Below are positions 63,443 through 64,000 of a stretch of 64,000 bases of DNA, piece after piece. Made by a program: the position numbers and the translations under genes. The first letter of the stretch is position 1. Every line of letters begins with the position of its first letter. Source of the DNA: Candidatus Hydrogenedentota bacterium (GTDB taxonomy: Bacteria > Hydrogenedentota > Hydrogenedentia > Hydrogenedentales > CAITNO01); assembly GCA_018056705.1 (NCBI GenBank), contig JAGPFE010000015.1, positions 2,701-66,700 of the forward strand, in the 5' to 3' direction. Below the pieces are notes generated by a model. That model searched no databases. It was not told the origin of the DNA and saw only the letters and a program-made list of their open reading frames with translations.

Positions 63443-64000
63443 TCCAGCAGGTCCGAAACCATGTCGTCCAGCGATTTCCTTGGTGTCCAGCCCGTATCCC
63501 TGCGGAACCGGGACGCGTCGCCAAGGAGCACGGGAATATCCACCGGCCGCAGTCGGGCGGGATCCGTTTCCACGCGGAAAGGCACGAGCGAACGCGCCCG
63601 GATGAGATCGACGACGTCGGATAGCGGGGGGGCCTCTCCCCGGCAGATGTTGTAAGCGGCGCCGGGTTTTCCCCGCCGGGCGGCGGCCAGGTAGGCTTCC
63701 AGCACGTCGTCCACGTGAAGCAGGTCCCGACGGACGCCCAGGTCGCCTGTTTTCAGGACCGGTTCCCGAAGCCCCGCTTCCATTTCGGCGACCTGCCGGC
63801 AGAAAGATGGCAACACGTAGGTATCCGGCTGCCCCGGTCCAGTATGGTTGAACATGCGCAGGCGTATGACGTCCATGCCGTGGGCCTTGTGGCACCACGC
63901 GAGGAACTGGTCCGCCGCGGCTTTGGCGATACCGTAAGGGGTTACTGGCTGGACGGGATGCTCTTCTCGCAAGGGCAGCGACAGGGGAATGCCATAGATT
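63400..64000 (-). CDS. NAD-dependent sugar-nucleotide epimerase/dehydratase (extended SDR), 5' end beyond window
   Basis: Catalytic YxxxK in TPYGIAKAAAD. The N-terminal Rossmann part is not in the window. Overlaps the addA 3' end convergently. Confidence 0.7.
   Translation of the reverse strand, partial: IYGIPLSLPLREEHPVQPVTPYGIAKAAADQFLAWCHKAHGMDVIRLRMFNHTGPGQPDTYVLPSFCRQVAEMEAGLREPVLKTGDLGVRRDLLHVDDVLEAYLAAARRGKPGAAYNICRGEAPPLSDVVDLIRARSLVPFRVETDPARLRPVDIPVLLGDASRFRRDTGWTPRKSLDDMVSDLLDYWRGRIRSASDAS

Overview
This 64-kb window is GC-rich bacterial chromosomal DNA, almost entirely housekeeping genes in conserved operons. No CRISPR array, integrase, transposase, restriction-modification or other recognisable defence cassette is present.

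Conserved gene content, in order:
- Tat-secreted sulfatase, then ffh-rpsP-KH-trmD-rplS.
- ispE.
- ftsH-folP-glmM-pdxJ plus an acyltransferase, all on the minus strand.
- tex, a DksA-like gene, a FadL-like outer-membrane protein and a sigma-54 activator.
- slyD, an RRM protein, a thermonuclease and pntAAB.
- Sugar-nucleotide enzymes, dus, thiC, the lepA-lepB-glycoside hydrolase operon and recO.
- A class-II-like ribonucleotide reductase with thyX.
- A SurA-like / M23 peptidase / TauE operon and a hybrid PAS histidine kinase.
- The flagellar export operon fliQ-fliR-flhB-flhA-flhF-flhG, with no fliP.
- An addB-addA helicase-nuclease pair and a partial sugar epimerase.

Features not explained by standard annotation:
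1. A dispersed MITE-like repeat family with about 30-bp terminal inverted repeats (GATTTCTC...TCGAAATGACAGGGT) and internal tandem subrepeats. There are two complete copies (1540-1707 and 42463-42753) and a solo end near 23680.
2. A roughly 1-kb AT-rich non-coding island (41883-42937) in otherwise GC-rich DNA. It holds a second, unrelated element bounded by 25-bp inverted repeats with a possible small-RNA-like core and a T8 tract.
3. A 239-aa protein with a globular N-terminus and a roughly 60-residue poly-Asp/Glu tail ending in a Lys/Arg patch. It is encoded by a GAY triplet tract.
4. A sigma-54 activator whose receiver has Glu at the phospho-acceptor position (FleQ-like).
5. A near-consensus sigma-70 promoter with a palindromic operator in front of the fliP-less flagellar export operon, divergent from addBA.

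Several long antisense ORFs in the track are high-GC artefacts and were rejected.
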